The notes below the pieces were generated by a model. That model had not been told where the DNA came from. It made no database searches and was given only the letters and a program-made list of their open reading frames with translations. Below are positions 39,210 to 51,843 of a stretch of 64,000 bases of DNA, piece after piece. Origin of the DNA: a virus. Its lineage: Duplodnaviria > Caudoviricetes. The translations under genes were made by a program, and so were the position numbers. Position 1 is the first letter of the stretch; each line of letters opens with the position of its first letter. The DNA is taken from positions 32,001-96,000 of IMG/VR virus record IMGVR_UViG_3300035498_000621. One strand, 5' to 3'.

Positions 39210-42200
39210 TTGCAAATTTTCTATAATTGTATTGTACCTTGTCTTAATAACTAATTAATGGCATCTATAGTTTTATCAGTAATATTTCTTAAATTATCAA
39301 CTAGTTTATTAACTGTTTCTGAATAAACTCCTCCAAGAGTGAAATAACTGTTCTAATTATATATTCTAGCTAATGTATCATCTTTTGTTTCGCCATCAAC
39401 TTTAGGAACTATTTCACCAAATGGAACATATCTACCATTTTGTCTAATCATAAGAACTGGTCCATCTTCGGTATTTACTATAATAGTTGGATCTTTCTAT
39501 CCAATTTCAGAATTAACTATAGCAGCAGCTTCTTTCATCAAGTCAATAATACTAATTTGTAAATCTTTTTCTGAACCTTTATAGTCTAAATCTCCAACAA
39601 ATTGTAGATATTTTTTTATGAGTGAAAGTTGTCCAGTATTCTATATAAATGAATCAAATAATGTAGTCATTCTATCTGAACCATATTGATTTTTATTTGT
39701 AATTAAATTATATAAAACAAATATATCAGATAAAGATATACCATTTATTTTAATTTTCTATAATTCCTATAATCCTTTTATATATTTCTAAAATTTAACT
39801 TTACTATTAGGAGAATTTTCAATAGTAAGCATATCTATATCACATTTATATAAAGGCATATCGTGATCATCTCCGTTTATTAAAGACTATATAAATTCAT
39901 TGCTCATTAAAGATTTATCCTCAACTACAATATATTCTTTTTTATTTCCTTTTTTCTAAATATCAATATATTTTCCTTGTTTAAGCATTGGAATTATAGA
40001 ATTTTCAAATAACTATTTAAATGATGCTATATCACTTAAAGAATTAAATTCTATTTCTCCATCTTGTGCAGCTGGAATAACCTATCTTAATTCATTTAAA
40101 AGGCTAGATCCTTTTTTATATGGAATTTTAATATCTAACTGATTTACAAACTTAGCAATAATAGCATTATCTATTGCTTTTAATAGTCTAGTTTGCCATT
40201 CTTTAGACATATATCCAACTTTATATTCACCTTCTTTTAATTCTTTATAAACAACATCAAATTTTTTAGTTTTAATAGAAATATTATGATCAATATCTAG
40301 TACAGCTGAAAAAATTTCAAAAATACTATGAAATTGAGGAATCTAATCTATTATTTCAAAAATATTAATACACAATTTAACTTTATCATATCTATCTATT
40401 ATTTGTTGTTTATATTCTTCATCAGTGAATAATTTTTTAACATCGAGAAGTTCACCTTTAATTCCCATTTTCTCTTCTCTATCACTTAATATTTTTTGTA
40501 TAAATTGAATTCTTTCTTGTAAATCAGCTTTTGAAGTAGGTAATCCTTGATTAAATCCAAGAAGTCGTCCAAAATTACTAAATTCATTTGCTCCTTCAAA
40601 GATATTTTCAAATTCATCTATATCTTGTGGAATACTATTTAAAATTTCTTCTCGAATTTCTTCTTTGTTTCTTTTAGTAGCTTTATATATTGCTTCTACT
40701 TCAGTATCTATTACTGATTCTAATATATATTTAATTTCTTTAATAGCATTTAAAGCATTTTCGAATTCAATAAATTCTTTACTACCTTTTGGAAAAGTAT
40801 TTTCAATTCCTTCAGTAATGCCTTGTTTTAATTTCTTTTTAATTTCAGAAGTATTGTCAAGATTATTAAGTTTAGATAAAGTTCTATTGCTTAAAAATGA
40901 ATAATAATAATCTTTATAGTTACCTCTTGCAATTTTTATTGCATCTTGAATACTAAGATTCTATCCAGTAAATATATTTTGTTCTGTAATTGTATCAATA
41001 AATGATACTATAGGACTAGTCATAAATTTTACAATATCTTTAATATCGAATCCTAAAGTAACCATAAATAAATACATTTTAGCTAATTTATTACCCGCAT
41101 TAACCTTTGCTAATATTAGCTCTTTTGCATTCAATTTTGTTAATCTTATACTTTCATATAAGTTCAGACCATATCTTATTCTTAAATATTTAAGAATCCT
41201 CGCACTTCGGAATTACAATTCCTACTCTACTAAGTTCAGAATAAATTCTGCTTTTCGATGGTCGTTGCTCCTTTTTCCTTTTATAGGAAACTTGGATCAG
41301 GATTGTCCAATCTTTAACCTTATTACCATACCTGAATAATTACTTCAGCCACATAATATATTACTATTTATGCTTGGTAGTTAAAGCTCTAAGGATTTTC
41401 CCTGAGTTCACGAGGTATTTTATCCTACAGACTCTGCTTGTAATACATCTAAGTATTTGAGCTTATAATACATAGATGGCAGCATATATGGAAAAATTAA
41501 TTTTTCAAACTTTAGTCTTGATTCAGATTTAATATATATTTGAAATTGATTTAAATTATGTTGAATAGTACAATTTATTCCCCATTTTTTGATTAACCAC
41601 ATACATAATAGTTCATTTTCTTTCAGAGAAAAACAATGAGTAGCAAATATTCCATTATAAGTTCCATCATCCATAAACCAATATGCTAATGCTATAGGAT
41701 GATGTATTGTATCAAGATATTCTTGAGTTAAAACTTTTTTATTGTTAGGATAAAGTTCATTGTATATTTTAGTAAAAACAGGATGGGATTTACTATTTCC
41801 TCTCCATGACTTATATACTTTTCCTGTTCTAGTATCTAGATTTGATGTGTACAATTTATATGATCCCATAAATTCTCCAAGAATTTCAACTTTCTTAAGA
41901 AATAATTCTTCTTGTTTATTACTATGTACTAATGCAAGTCTAGAATTTGTATGTCTATTAAAAGTAGGGTTAGATAAATTTAAATCCCCTAATAAACTTC
42001 CTCTAATAAATTGGTCTTGAATTTCTGATAGAAATTGCTCAGTTTGAGAAAAATTTCTTATAATATTAAATTTTCCAGCATTTTCTCCTTTAGTTCTATA
42101 AGTTCTTATAGTAAGTTCTTTTACTCCAAAGTATTCTGCAATTTCTTTATCAGATTTACCTTCATTCCAAAGTTTTTCAAAAGTATCTTGATCTATTTGT

Positions 42201-45200
42201 TTTACATATTTTTTCTTTTCAATTCCAAATCTTTCTTTTAAGTATTTACTTACTGTTTGGTTTCCAATACCTAATTCTTTTGCAATTTTTAAATTGCTTA
42301 ATCCTTGATCATAAAGTTCTTTAATTTTCCCAATTGTTTCTTCAGAAATTTTTTTCATAATTGTATAATTTTTATTATATACAAATATAATATTACTTTC
42401 TGAATTAACCAAATAATTATTGCTGCTTACGAAAATCTGTAGCTGCAGAAAGAATTTGAGAAATCATCAAATCCACAGTAATATCTCCTGTTAATCTTGT
42501 ACCATATTTTTCCCTTAATCTAAGATCTATTCCTTCAAAATTAACATCTGGCAATGTATTTATTTCTATTGGTATTATATTTCCAGAAGCTCTACCTCTA
42601 ATTCTAGTTGTTTTAAAACCAAATAATGATTTTTTAACTTTATCAGCATATGGTTTTAAATCCTAAAAAAGTTTCTTTAACTCTGGAATATCACTATACC
42701 GTTTATCTTCTTCTATATCCTTTTGATAATTTTCATTTGTTAAATATTCTAAAACATTTATATATTCATACTATATTTTAGAAACTTTATTAATATTATC
42801 TATTATTGAATTAGATTTCTTCTAAAGAGCAATAACATCAATATTAGTTTTTTGTATAACATCATTTAAATAATAGTGCCACATAAAAGAAGCTTTTTCA
42901 CCATTAGCTGCAATACCAATTACATTTTTACCAGTAATATTTTGATATTGCATTAATAATTTAGTAGCAGGATTAAATAGAGTCATTTTTGAAGATTGTT
43001 CACCTTTAGGACTTGCTTCAGAAGCATCTCTAAATATTTCCATGTCAATAGGAGAATAAGCTCCAATCATATTTCTAAGATTCTAAACTGTATTCTAAAT
43101 ATGTGAAGAAATAAAGTTTTTACTAGCATCTTCTGTTAAACTTTGTGGAACTTGAGTAAATTCATGCATACGTAAATTTGCTAAAACTTCTGCTCCTTCC
43201 TATGTTGTATAATAAATATCTGTAATATTATTATTATTTAAATAATTTATTAATTTAACATATCCTTCTATTCTTTCAACTGCTGTTTTTGCACTAGCAA
43301 TATCTACAACAAAAGAATCAATATTAAATCCATATTCAACTTTATTATAAATTTTTCTTTTTGGCATTGGAAGATATTCAGAAGCCTTTATTGTATCTAT
43401 AGAACTATAATCAAATAAACTACTCCAGCCAACATATTTGCCATTTCCGTCAAATGACAAGCCCATTATGTACGCTTTGTCTATATCGTAATCGCTTCCT
43501 TGTACATTTTGTTATCTTAAGAGCTCTTTATCTCTTAATTCTACAGTTTGTTGTTAGGTTATACTGTAAGTTCAGACTATATCTTCATCTAATCTAAATA
43601 ATTAAGATTAGAGTCGGGCACTCATGGAGAAAATTATTGTTAGGCTCATTTCTCTAGTCGTTGAACCTTCTAAGCTCCTTTATCCTAAGCTTAGCTTGGC
43701 TGCTGATTGTCCACCTCTGGAGTTCCCAGCAATTCACCCGATTTAGACTTGGCAACAAGTACTTGCGATAATAATGTTTCTAAATAATCTTTTTTATATA
43801 AATCTTTATAACATATTACATATAATTGTTTATTATGTTCTTTACACCAATTTACTTTAATATTATCTTTTTCTTGTTGTTCTAATAAAAAAGATTCACC
43901 TCCAAACTTTTCATTAATTTCATAATGTTGTTTGCCTTGTATTTCTATTAATATATCAAATTCTGGCAAATAATAATCAAATCGAAGTTTATCTTTATAA
44001 ACACAATCATCAAATGTCTTTTGTGATTCATATAAAATTCCATATTTATCACAAAATCCAGCAAAATAAGCTTCTAGAGCTGAACTATATTTAGATATTA
44101 ATCCAAATTCAGCATTTAAATCTGGAAGTCTTATTCCATAATAATTAAGTAAACTAGAATTAATATTATAATTTTTTAATATAAGTATTGAAACATATTC
44201 TCTAGTATTTACAATTATATGTTTTATTTTATTTACAATAAATTCTTTTTTATCGGCATTTGAAATTTTACTTATATCTTCATTAAAATCATATTTCAAT
44301 GGTTCTAATACAATATTAGATATATCATCATCTGAAAGATGAGTTTTAACTTTAAGATTTAAATTTAATTCTTTAATATATTTTCTAGCTGTAGTTGGAG
44401 CACATCCAACTTTTTTAGCTACTTCATATGCCGATAAGCAATTTGGAGTAATTTTAATTATATCTTCTTTTAATTTTTTATATTCTTTGTCTCTATTACT
44501 TTCAACATTATATTTATTTAATATATTTTTTATAGTAGTTTGAGATTTATATCCTAATTTTGAACAAATATCTTTAACTGATATACCAGATTGATATAAA
44601 GATATTATTTCTTTTTTATAATCTTCAGCAGTAGGTTTTACATACTTAATATTATATTTTTTCTTATATGTAGTAAGTGTGGTAGTACCTATTCCTAATT
44701 CTGCACAAATATCTGTATTTTTCATTCCAGATTCTACTAATTCTTTTAATTTTGCTATTAATTCGTCAGTAATTTTTGTTGGTGATTTTCTTTTTGTTTC
44801 CATATAAAAATTTTATATAAGTTTAATATTAATAAGCAAATATAATATTTTTATAAATTACTTCCAAATTTGTCAATGGCGATTATTTTATTTTACCAAG
44901 TTTGCCAGTGACTAACAAAACACTGATTAGAAGCAACTCCCGTAAATCCTACATTCCTCATCTGCATAAATGACTGTAAAGTTTGAGCAGGAATACGTGA
45001 TGCGGTAAATTCTTGTGCTTTCTTAAATGATATAAACTATTTATGTGCTAATTTATCTATATATTGTCCTAATATTTTAGATTTCATACGATTACTATAA
45101 GTAACATAACCATCTTCAGCTTTACCAGAATTTACTAAATCTATTAATCCCTTAATTCTGTTTTCGCCATCCTATTTACCTCTAATATATTCAAGCAAAT

Positions 45201-48200
45201 CATTATCATATTTTAATTGTTCACTTAATCCATACAAAGTATTCTATAAAATATAAGCAGAACCAGTAGTAACTCTATTATTTACCTACATTCCATTAAA
45301 ATCTTTTGTATGATATATATCAGCAAGTAAATGACTAATAAAATTATTTACTTCTTCATCAAATTTCTAATCTGCTGTAATTGTATAAGTCTCTCCAGTT
45401 TTTTTATCTTTTCTAGTTAATTGTTGTTCGGTATATTCTTGTCTATGAAGAATTTTTTCTTTGATAATCTTTCTATTTATATTATATAAATCATATTTAA
45501 TAGTAGTATTACCAATTTCAGTTACTTGATTATTAGATATAAATTCTACATATTCAAGAACTTTATCTTCTCCATATCTACGATATTTTCCATGAACAAC
45601 TTTACCGTTTTTTTCAAATTTACCTGTTTTTTTATTATATTGAACATCTTCAACTAATATTTCTCTACCAACTTCAAATAAAGGTATATTATCATTTGTA
45701 GCTGCATATACTCTATATTTTATTGGACCACTTTGGCCTTCAGGATATTCAAAATCTTTTTTAATTGTATTTTTCCATTTTCGTCTAGTAGAGTCAAAAC
45801 TTTCATCATTTTGATGTAATGGTTTAAATGTAATATATAAGTTTCTATTATTAGTTTTTGTATAAACTAAATCATAATTATCAGATGTTACAGGAATAAT
45901 TTGTTCTGAAAGTCTCTTTTTAAAATAATTTTCACCTTCATCAATAATATCCGCTAATGAATCGCCATCCTAAAGTCCAAATTTAGATTTATATAAATTT
46001 GACATTATAATTTCAGCGGCTTTATTAGAAACTTTACCTTCTTGAATATTACCATTTTCATCTCTACTATAAATTTTTACTCCAACTTTATCCTTCGGAC
46101 TACGATAATAAATTCCTTTTTCTAAATCATCAAATACTTTCTAAATTAAAGTAACTTTATTATCCCCTGGAACAAGTTCTTTACGTTTATCTAATATAAG
46201 TTTTTCACCCTATTTTTTAGATATTTGTTTTGATTTAATTTTAGCACTAATCTCTTTTTCATAAAGATAAAGATTTTTAATCGGCCAACTATCAAAAATA
46301 TTCATTGTATGATGACCTGATTTATCATCATATTCCCATTGAATTTTAACTGGAGCTAAATTTCTAGGTACTTTAATATTTTTTTGATAATGAATATTTA
46401 TAGGATTTATTACTTTTTTCTTATTAAATATAAAAGTAGTAATATCATTTTTAAATAAATAATAATCATCAAGATTATCTAAACTTACTTCTAGTATTTG
46501 TGTTTCTCCAGTACCTTCAATATTATAACTAATTCTAACATTATCTGTTGGTTGATAAATTTCTGAACTAGTTTCAATAGGGATTTCATTCTATTTAGCT
46601 ATAAGATATTGATCTACAATTTCTCTATTTTTTAAAGCTAAATCAGTTTGAGTAGAAGTATATCCAGATTGTATAGCTAATTTTATTAAATCTTCATATT
46701 GATAAGTTTTCCCATCTATATCATATATCATAGATATATTATAGCCAGGAACCATAACAGTACCTAAACCAGGATATTGTCTTTTAATAGATTTTTTATT
46801 AATTACAGATACAAAAGTAGATAAAATAGTAGAATAAATATTTGGATCACTAAATGGAATTTTAAATTCATCAAGAGCATGATCAGTATTAAAATTAAAT
46901 TTCTATTTAATTGCACTAATAATGGCATTAGCAAGTCCAGCCTATCCTTTATTTCTAGATAAGTTATTCATTATAGTGCGACCAACTACATCATATATAG
47001 CGGATAATTTTGTTTCATCGCTATCTCTAAATTCCTAAACAGCATCCAATTCTACTTTTGATAAATCTAATGCTAATTTACCTAAAGCTTCATAAATCTA
47101 AGAAACATATTCATGCAATCTACCATTAGCATCAAGAGAAGAAATAACCTAAGAAAACTCAGTCATGTGCCCTTCATCTGCTGTATGATCAGCATCCATT
47201 TGAATACCATAACCTTCTGTACCTATTTCCATATAAGTAAAATCGGTATCATCATAAAAAGATGAAGTAGGATTTATATTACCAGCACCATTTTTTACAG
47301 CAGTATTATTTGCTAATACATCAATCATCGCTTCTTTTAATGGTTGATAATAACTATCCTAAGTATGATCTTCAGGGTCAGCTCCAGGTTTTAATGTAGC
47401 TACACTATTTATAAATTTAGTTACAGCAGAATTAGAAGCTTCTGAATATTGTAATATACCATTACTATCAATACTTTCTGAATAAATTCCACCAAGTGCA
47501 GTATGTAATTCAAATAAAGAATCAATGCTATGTAAATTTAAATCATTTAATATAGTTTCTGATTTTATATGAGTTCCATCTTTTTGAAAATAGTGATAAA
47601 TTTTCTTTTGATCATATGGTTCTGATCCAGTATTATCTACACTATATTCTATAGTATAATATACACCATTTTCAATTCCAAAATCATGAATTTTTTTATG
47701 TTCAAGCCCATCTCTATAAAATAAACCTTGAATTTCGCCATTATGTTCAGCAATGTCTTCTAAGAAATTAATTCTTGGATTATCTTTATATTCACATCCA
47801 TCAATTAAATTAATTTCTCCAAATTTCCAACTTCCATCATCATTATGCCATCGAATATTGGTCATTTTCTTAAATATATTTCTAAGAACAATACCATTTT
47901 TATTTCCTTCTGCCTAACGCATCCATTGATTTGTAATTGTATCAACAGCATATTTTAATAAGGTTGCTGACATATATCTATCATCATACCAATGTTGAAT
48001 AGGTTTTTTTACAGTTCCAACTTCACAATCCTAAAGTGAATTATTTTCCAAATTAGAACTAAAAGGATTAACAAATGCAGAACCATCATGCGCATCAATT
48101 TCAGTAGCTAATCCATCAAAATTAAATACATTAGCCTATACATCATTAATTACTGCAACTTTCATTTTATTTCTAATACCATTTAATCTACCTTGTAAGT

Positions 48201-51200
48201 AATATCTCATAGTACCAGGAATAATTACATTACGTTTAAACTAAGCATTTTGTGCAGCATTTTCTATTTTATAAATATTATCATTATATATTTTTAAAAG
48301 TCCATTTATCGCCGCTTCATCTTCTGGAGAGATATTTGGATCTTCTGGATCTATACTACGACCAAAATTTTGTATAGCTCTAGATATATCATAAAATGTA
48401 ATATTTCCACCATCATAATTAGGATTATATCCTTGAATAAATCCTTTATATAAATTTGCTCCTAATTGTCCTAAATCAAGTTTAGATAATGCTTTTACTT
48501 TATGATTAATTTCAGAACCAGTTAAACTAAACCTTAAATTATTTCCAACTAAATTATCAATCATAAAGAAAGTATTTAATACAGGATTTAATTCAACAGT
48601 TTCATTTTCTGATAAATTAATTTTACCAAAAGTTATATTTTTAACTTTTCCTGTTTTTTTATTTTTAACTTTTGCTAAAATCATTTTATTGCCTACAACC
48701 CACTATTTGCCTTGTGCATCAGAATCAGTAAGTTTAATAAGCATTTTCGTCATTTCATTACCAGTTCCATCTAAATATTTTCCATTTTCAGTATAATTTA
48801 TTTCAAATCCTAATCGTTTAGATAAAAGATCATTAATAAAACTAATTTTTTCTCTTTCTAAACGTTGATGTAAAGCTGATGGAGTATATAAATTATTAGC
48901 ATATTCATAAAGTAATTCATTAATAGATAAAATTTTTCCTGAAATTTCTCTATAATGAACATCTTTATATAATGTTACATTTGCATTTAATGCTTTTTTA
49001 ATAAACTAATCTGCTTTTGAATCATATTTTTCTTTTTCTTCTTCAGTTAATGGAGTTTTTAACCATTTCTAAACTAAATCAAGATTTACTTTTCCATTTA
49101 TTACAAATTCTGGAAATATTTTAGCATAATCATCTAATACCTAATTATATACTTCTTTATAAGCGGCACCAATAGTATTAATTATTTTCTATTCTACTAC
49201 TTCATTAAAATTAGCAGATCTTAAATCTGTAATTCCTATATCCTCTAAACTAACTTGATAAAGTATAAATTTTGTTTTATCAGAATATACTGTTGGTTGT
49301 GTATAAACACTACCATCTTTTAAAAATGGTGTAATAAATTTATTAACTATAGCATCATATAACAATTCTCCTTCTGTCATATTTTTTACTTGTTTTTTTA
49401 ATCCATCTCTAGTAATTACATCAGAATTAACTACTTTTGCATGAATAGCAGTAGGATTATTAACAAATAGCAATCTAGCAGTTGCTTTATTAGCCGAATT
49501 AGATCGAGCAAGTTGCTATTCAATTCTAGCACCTAAATATCCAGGACCATAATTAGGTAATTTATCACCATCAAGATTTGTAGTAACAGATTTAGAAGTA
49601 TCACCACTTAAAATGGCTTGAACAGTTGCAAAATCTTCAACCCATCTTTGTATTGTTCGCGTAGTATTTAACTAATAACCATCATATCTCTAAATAAAAT
49701 ATTCTTTTTTCTTTTTATCGCTTAAATCCTAAATTTTATCACCATAAACATCATAATCACTTAAAAATTTAAGTAATTCAGTTTGAGAATATTTATCACC
49801 ATTTGGTTTAGTTGCATTTTTAAATTGATTATATATATCAGTAACTAATAAAGCTCTAGATGCAGATAAAAACATTTCTTTAAAATTATTTTTATTCATT
49901 TTATTTATTAAATAAAATAATTTCAAACCATCCCTATCTTTTCCAAAAAAAGTGTTTTCAAACATTGTATCTAGAAAATCAAGAATTGACATAAATGTTT
50001 GTTCATCCTCATTTAAACCTTCTCGAGATAATAATCTATCTCTAGATTTAATAGTAGATAAATCAATTTTTTTAAGTAAATCAGTTATTTCTTTAATTTC
50101 AAGATTAGATGATTTCTAACCTTTATCAAGAAGATTTCCTGTTTTTGAAACAATTTTAAATTGTTTATTTTTTCCATTTACATTTAAAGTTACTATATAA
50201 TCCTTTTTATTAGAAGTTTCAATTTTAAAACGGTCTAAAATATCCTATTTATTATCTCTATTTATAGTAACTTTGTTTATATTATTAACAATATCAAATT
50301 TTGTTCTATTAGTTGAATATCGTACTTTTATAGAAGTTTCAATTATTTCAGAATCATGATCATATGTTGTTTGTAAATAATTCATCATTACATTAGAATT
50401 ACAAACTCCTAATAATGTATCAATAAGATTATATCTATCAGTATAACCATGTTCTTTTGTATATTCATTTTCAATAGTTTTCCAAGAATCTTTTCCTTTA
50501 AATACAGTTCTATATATAGAATATAAATAATTTATAGTATTTGAATCAAGTCCAAGTTTTTCTAATTCACTCAATAAAGTAATATTATTTTTATTTTCAA
50601 ACAATCGACTAAAAATAATTTCTAAATTTTGTGAAGGATGATTGTCAAAATCACTTACAGCTTTTCTAAAATCATTATCATTTTTAATTCTTGCTCCAAC
50701 ATCAAGCAATCTACATATTGATCCAATAAAATCTTTAGGCTATAATTTACTAATTTCTATAGATCGTGTATCATAATTATAAAGCGGAATACTCTTAATA
50801 AGAACTTGTTGAAATTTACTCATTTCTTTAAGAGAATCACGATTTTCTATACCAAAATTTCTATTTACAGCATTTTTATTTCCTCTAGTAAAAGAATATT
50901 TATAAGACACTTTAGTAATTCCATCATTTTTTTCTATTACTATAGGTTGATCATAATTATAATTAATATCAATATAATCACCAAAACATTCTTTTATAAT
51001 ATCATCAAAATATGTAAGATTTACATATGCATTAATTGCTTCATATTCTAAATTATCTTCTTTTCTATTAAACATTTCATTTTCCCAACCATCTTCTAAT
51101 GCCTATTCAAGTTGTCCTTTATTTTTTTTATCTTGAATATAATTATACATCATCAATAAGGCATTAGTATAATTTCTTTGAAGAATTTTTATTGAATTAT

Positions 51201-51843
51201 CACCATTTTTTCCTCGATATAAACTTTGTGGAACTTCTGATAAATCATATCCTTTACTTTTTAAAAATTTTCTAATGATTTTAAATTGTTCATCTTGATA
51301 ATCCATTATTCCTTGATTTACATCATCTTGATTATCAACAATTCTATGCTCGCTAATATCTATAATTGTCCTAATGCGCATTTCATCATTAAAATTAGTT
51401 TGTCTCTAATCATTTATAGCAGTACTATCACCATAAATTTCTTTAAGCACCTCATTAAGTTCTAATTCTCTGCGCTAATCTTCAGTAATTAAATCAGAAC
51501 CGGCTATATTTGCCTAAATATATTCTTCAACTTTAGTTAATGGTTTTGGAAGTAATTCTTCTTGAAAATATTTTCTTATTTTATTCTTTACAGATCTGTT
51601 TAATTTAATAGGAAGATTTTCTTTTGCATCTAATTTTTCTATGATAGTTTCAATTAATTCATTTATACTATCTTGATAAGATTCATGATTATCAGATGAA
51701 TCAAAACTAATGCTGAAGGTTTTACCCTCCAGCATAGTTTTAATATTTTCTAATATTTCATCTAAATTTTCTCCTTTCAAATCAGAAAAATTTAAATCTC
51801 CTGAATGTAAGGCTTTACTAAAATTTGATTGTTTACAACTCAT
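39206..51843 (-). CDS. Virion DNA-dependent RNA polymerase (~3314 aa, TAG read as sense); exons 51843-44895, 43504-42435 and 41131-39206
   Basis: Splicing restores SRIPAQ..HWQTWLQGSDYDIDK (catalytic DxDxD) and LSAATDNAKEL; all fragments within each exon share a frame; ATG at 51843, TGA at 39206. Confidence 0.9.
41420..42358 (-). CDS. Intron-encoded LAGLIDADG homing endonuclease with N-terminal HTH repeats
   Basis: RGSLLGDL and ALAYWFMDDG motifs; likely start MKKISEE at 42358. Confidence 0.88.
   Translation of the reverse strand: MKKISEETIGKIKELYDQGLSNLKIAKELGIGNQTVSKYLKERFGIEKKKYVKQIDQDTFEKLWNEGKSDKEIAEYFGVKELTIRTYRTKGENAGKFNIIRNFSQTEQFLSEIQDQFIRGSLLGDLNLSNPTFNRHTNSRLALVHSNKQEELFLKKVEILGEFMGSYKLYTSNLDTRTGKVYKSWRGNSKSHPVFTKIYNELYPNNKKVLTQEYLDTIHHPIALAYWFMDDGTYNGIFATHCFSLKENELLCMWLIKKWGINCTIQHNLNQFQIYIKSESRLKFEKLIFPYMLPSMYYKLKYLDVLQAESVG
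42382..42413 (-). promoter_or_regulatory. Intron-internal Bacteroidetes-type promoter for the LAGLIDADG endonuclease
   Basis: TTTG, 20-nt spacer, TATATTTG on the minus strand, about 25 nt before the ATG. Confidence 0.7.
43691..44803 (-). CDS. Intron-encoded homing endonuclease: tandem HTH repeats plus C-terminal Vsr/DUF559-like nuclease
   Basis: Three HTH-like repeats; LRFDYYLP..ILIEIQGKQHY..KDNIK..WC. Confidence 0.85.
   Translation of the reverse strand: METKRKSPTKITDELIAKLKELVESGMKNTDICAELGIGTTTLTTYKKKYNIKYVKPTAEDYKKEIISLYQSGISVKDICSKLGYKSQTTIKNILNKYNVESNRDKEYKKLKEDIIKITPNCLSAYEVAKKVGCAPTTARKYIKELNLNLKVKTHLSDDDISNIVLEPLKYDFNEDISKISNADKKEFIVNKIKHIIVNTREYVSILILKNYNINSSLLNYYGIRLPDLNAEFGLISKYSSALEAYFAGFCDKYGILYESQKTFDDCVYKDKLRFDYYLPEFDILIEIQGKQHYEINEKFGGESFLLEQQEKDNIKVNWCKEHNKQLYVICYKDLYKKDYLETLLSQVLVAKSKSGELLGTPEVDNQQPS
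44837..44868 (-). promoter_or_regulatory. Intron-internal Bacteroidetes-type promoter for the second endonuclease
   Basis: TTTG, 20-nt spacer, TATATTTG on the minus strand upstream of ATG 44803. Confidence 0.7.

Larger units (their letters stand above)
41132..42434 (-). mobile_element. Group I intron (1303 nt) in the RNAP gene
   Basis: 5' exon ends in U (GAT), intron ends in G; P GAACTCAGGGAA, Q ACAATCCTGA, R CAACGACCA, S AAGATATGGTC; P3 CCTCGT/GCGAGG; IGS GUCUGUAG pairs with exon CUACAGAU. Confidence 0.92.
43505..44894 (-). mobile_element. Group I intron (1390 nt) just upstream of the RNAP catalytic DYDID motif
   Basis: Exon ends ..TGG T, intron ends in G, T|TA restores Leu; P GAATTGCTGGGAA, Q ACAATCAGCAG, R TCAACGACTA, S AAGATATAGTC; P3 TCGGGT/GCCCGA; IGS GCCAAGU pairs with ACUUGGU; P10 CUUGU/ACAAG. 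Confidence 0.93.

Noticed and set aside
42359-42412. Extended TTG start of the LAGLIDADG ORF given in the track
   Set aside because: It overlaps the predicted promoter; ATG at 42358 after an AT-rich leader fits better
41132-44894. Inteins as the explanation for the RNAP interruptions
   Set aside because: The insertions are out of frame, contain stops, and show group I P/Q/R/S elements with U and G splice boundaries
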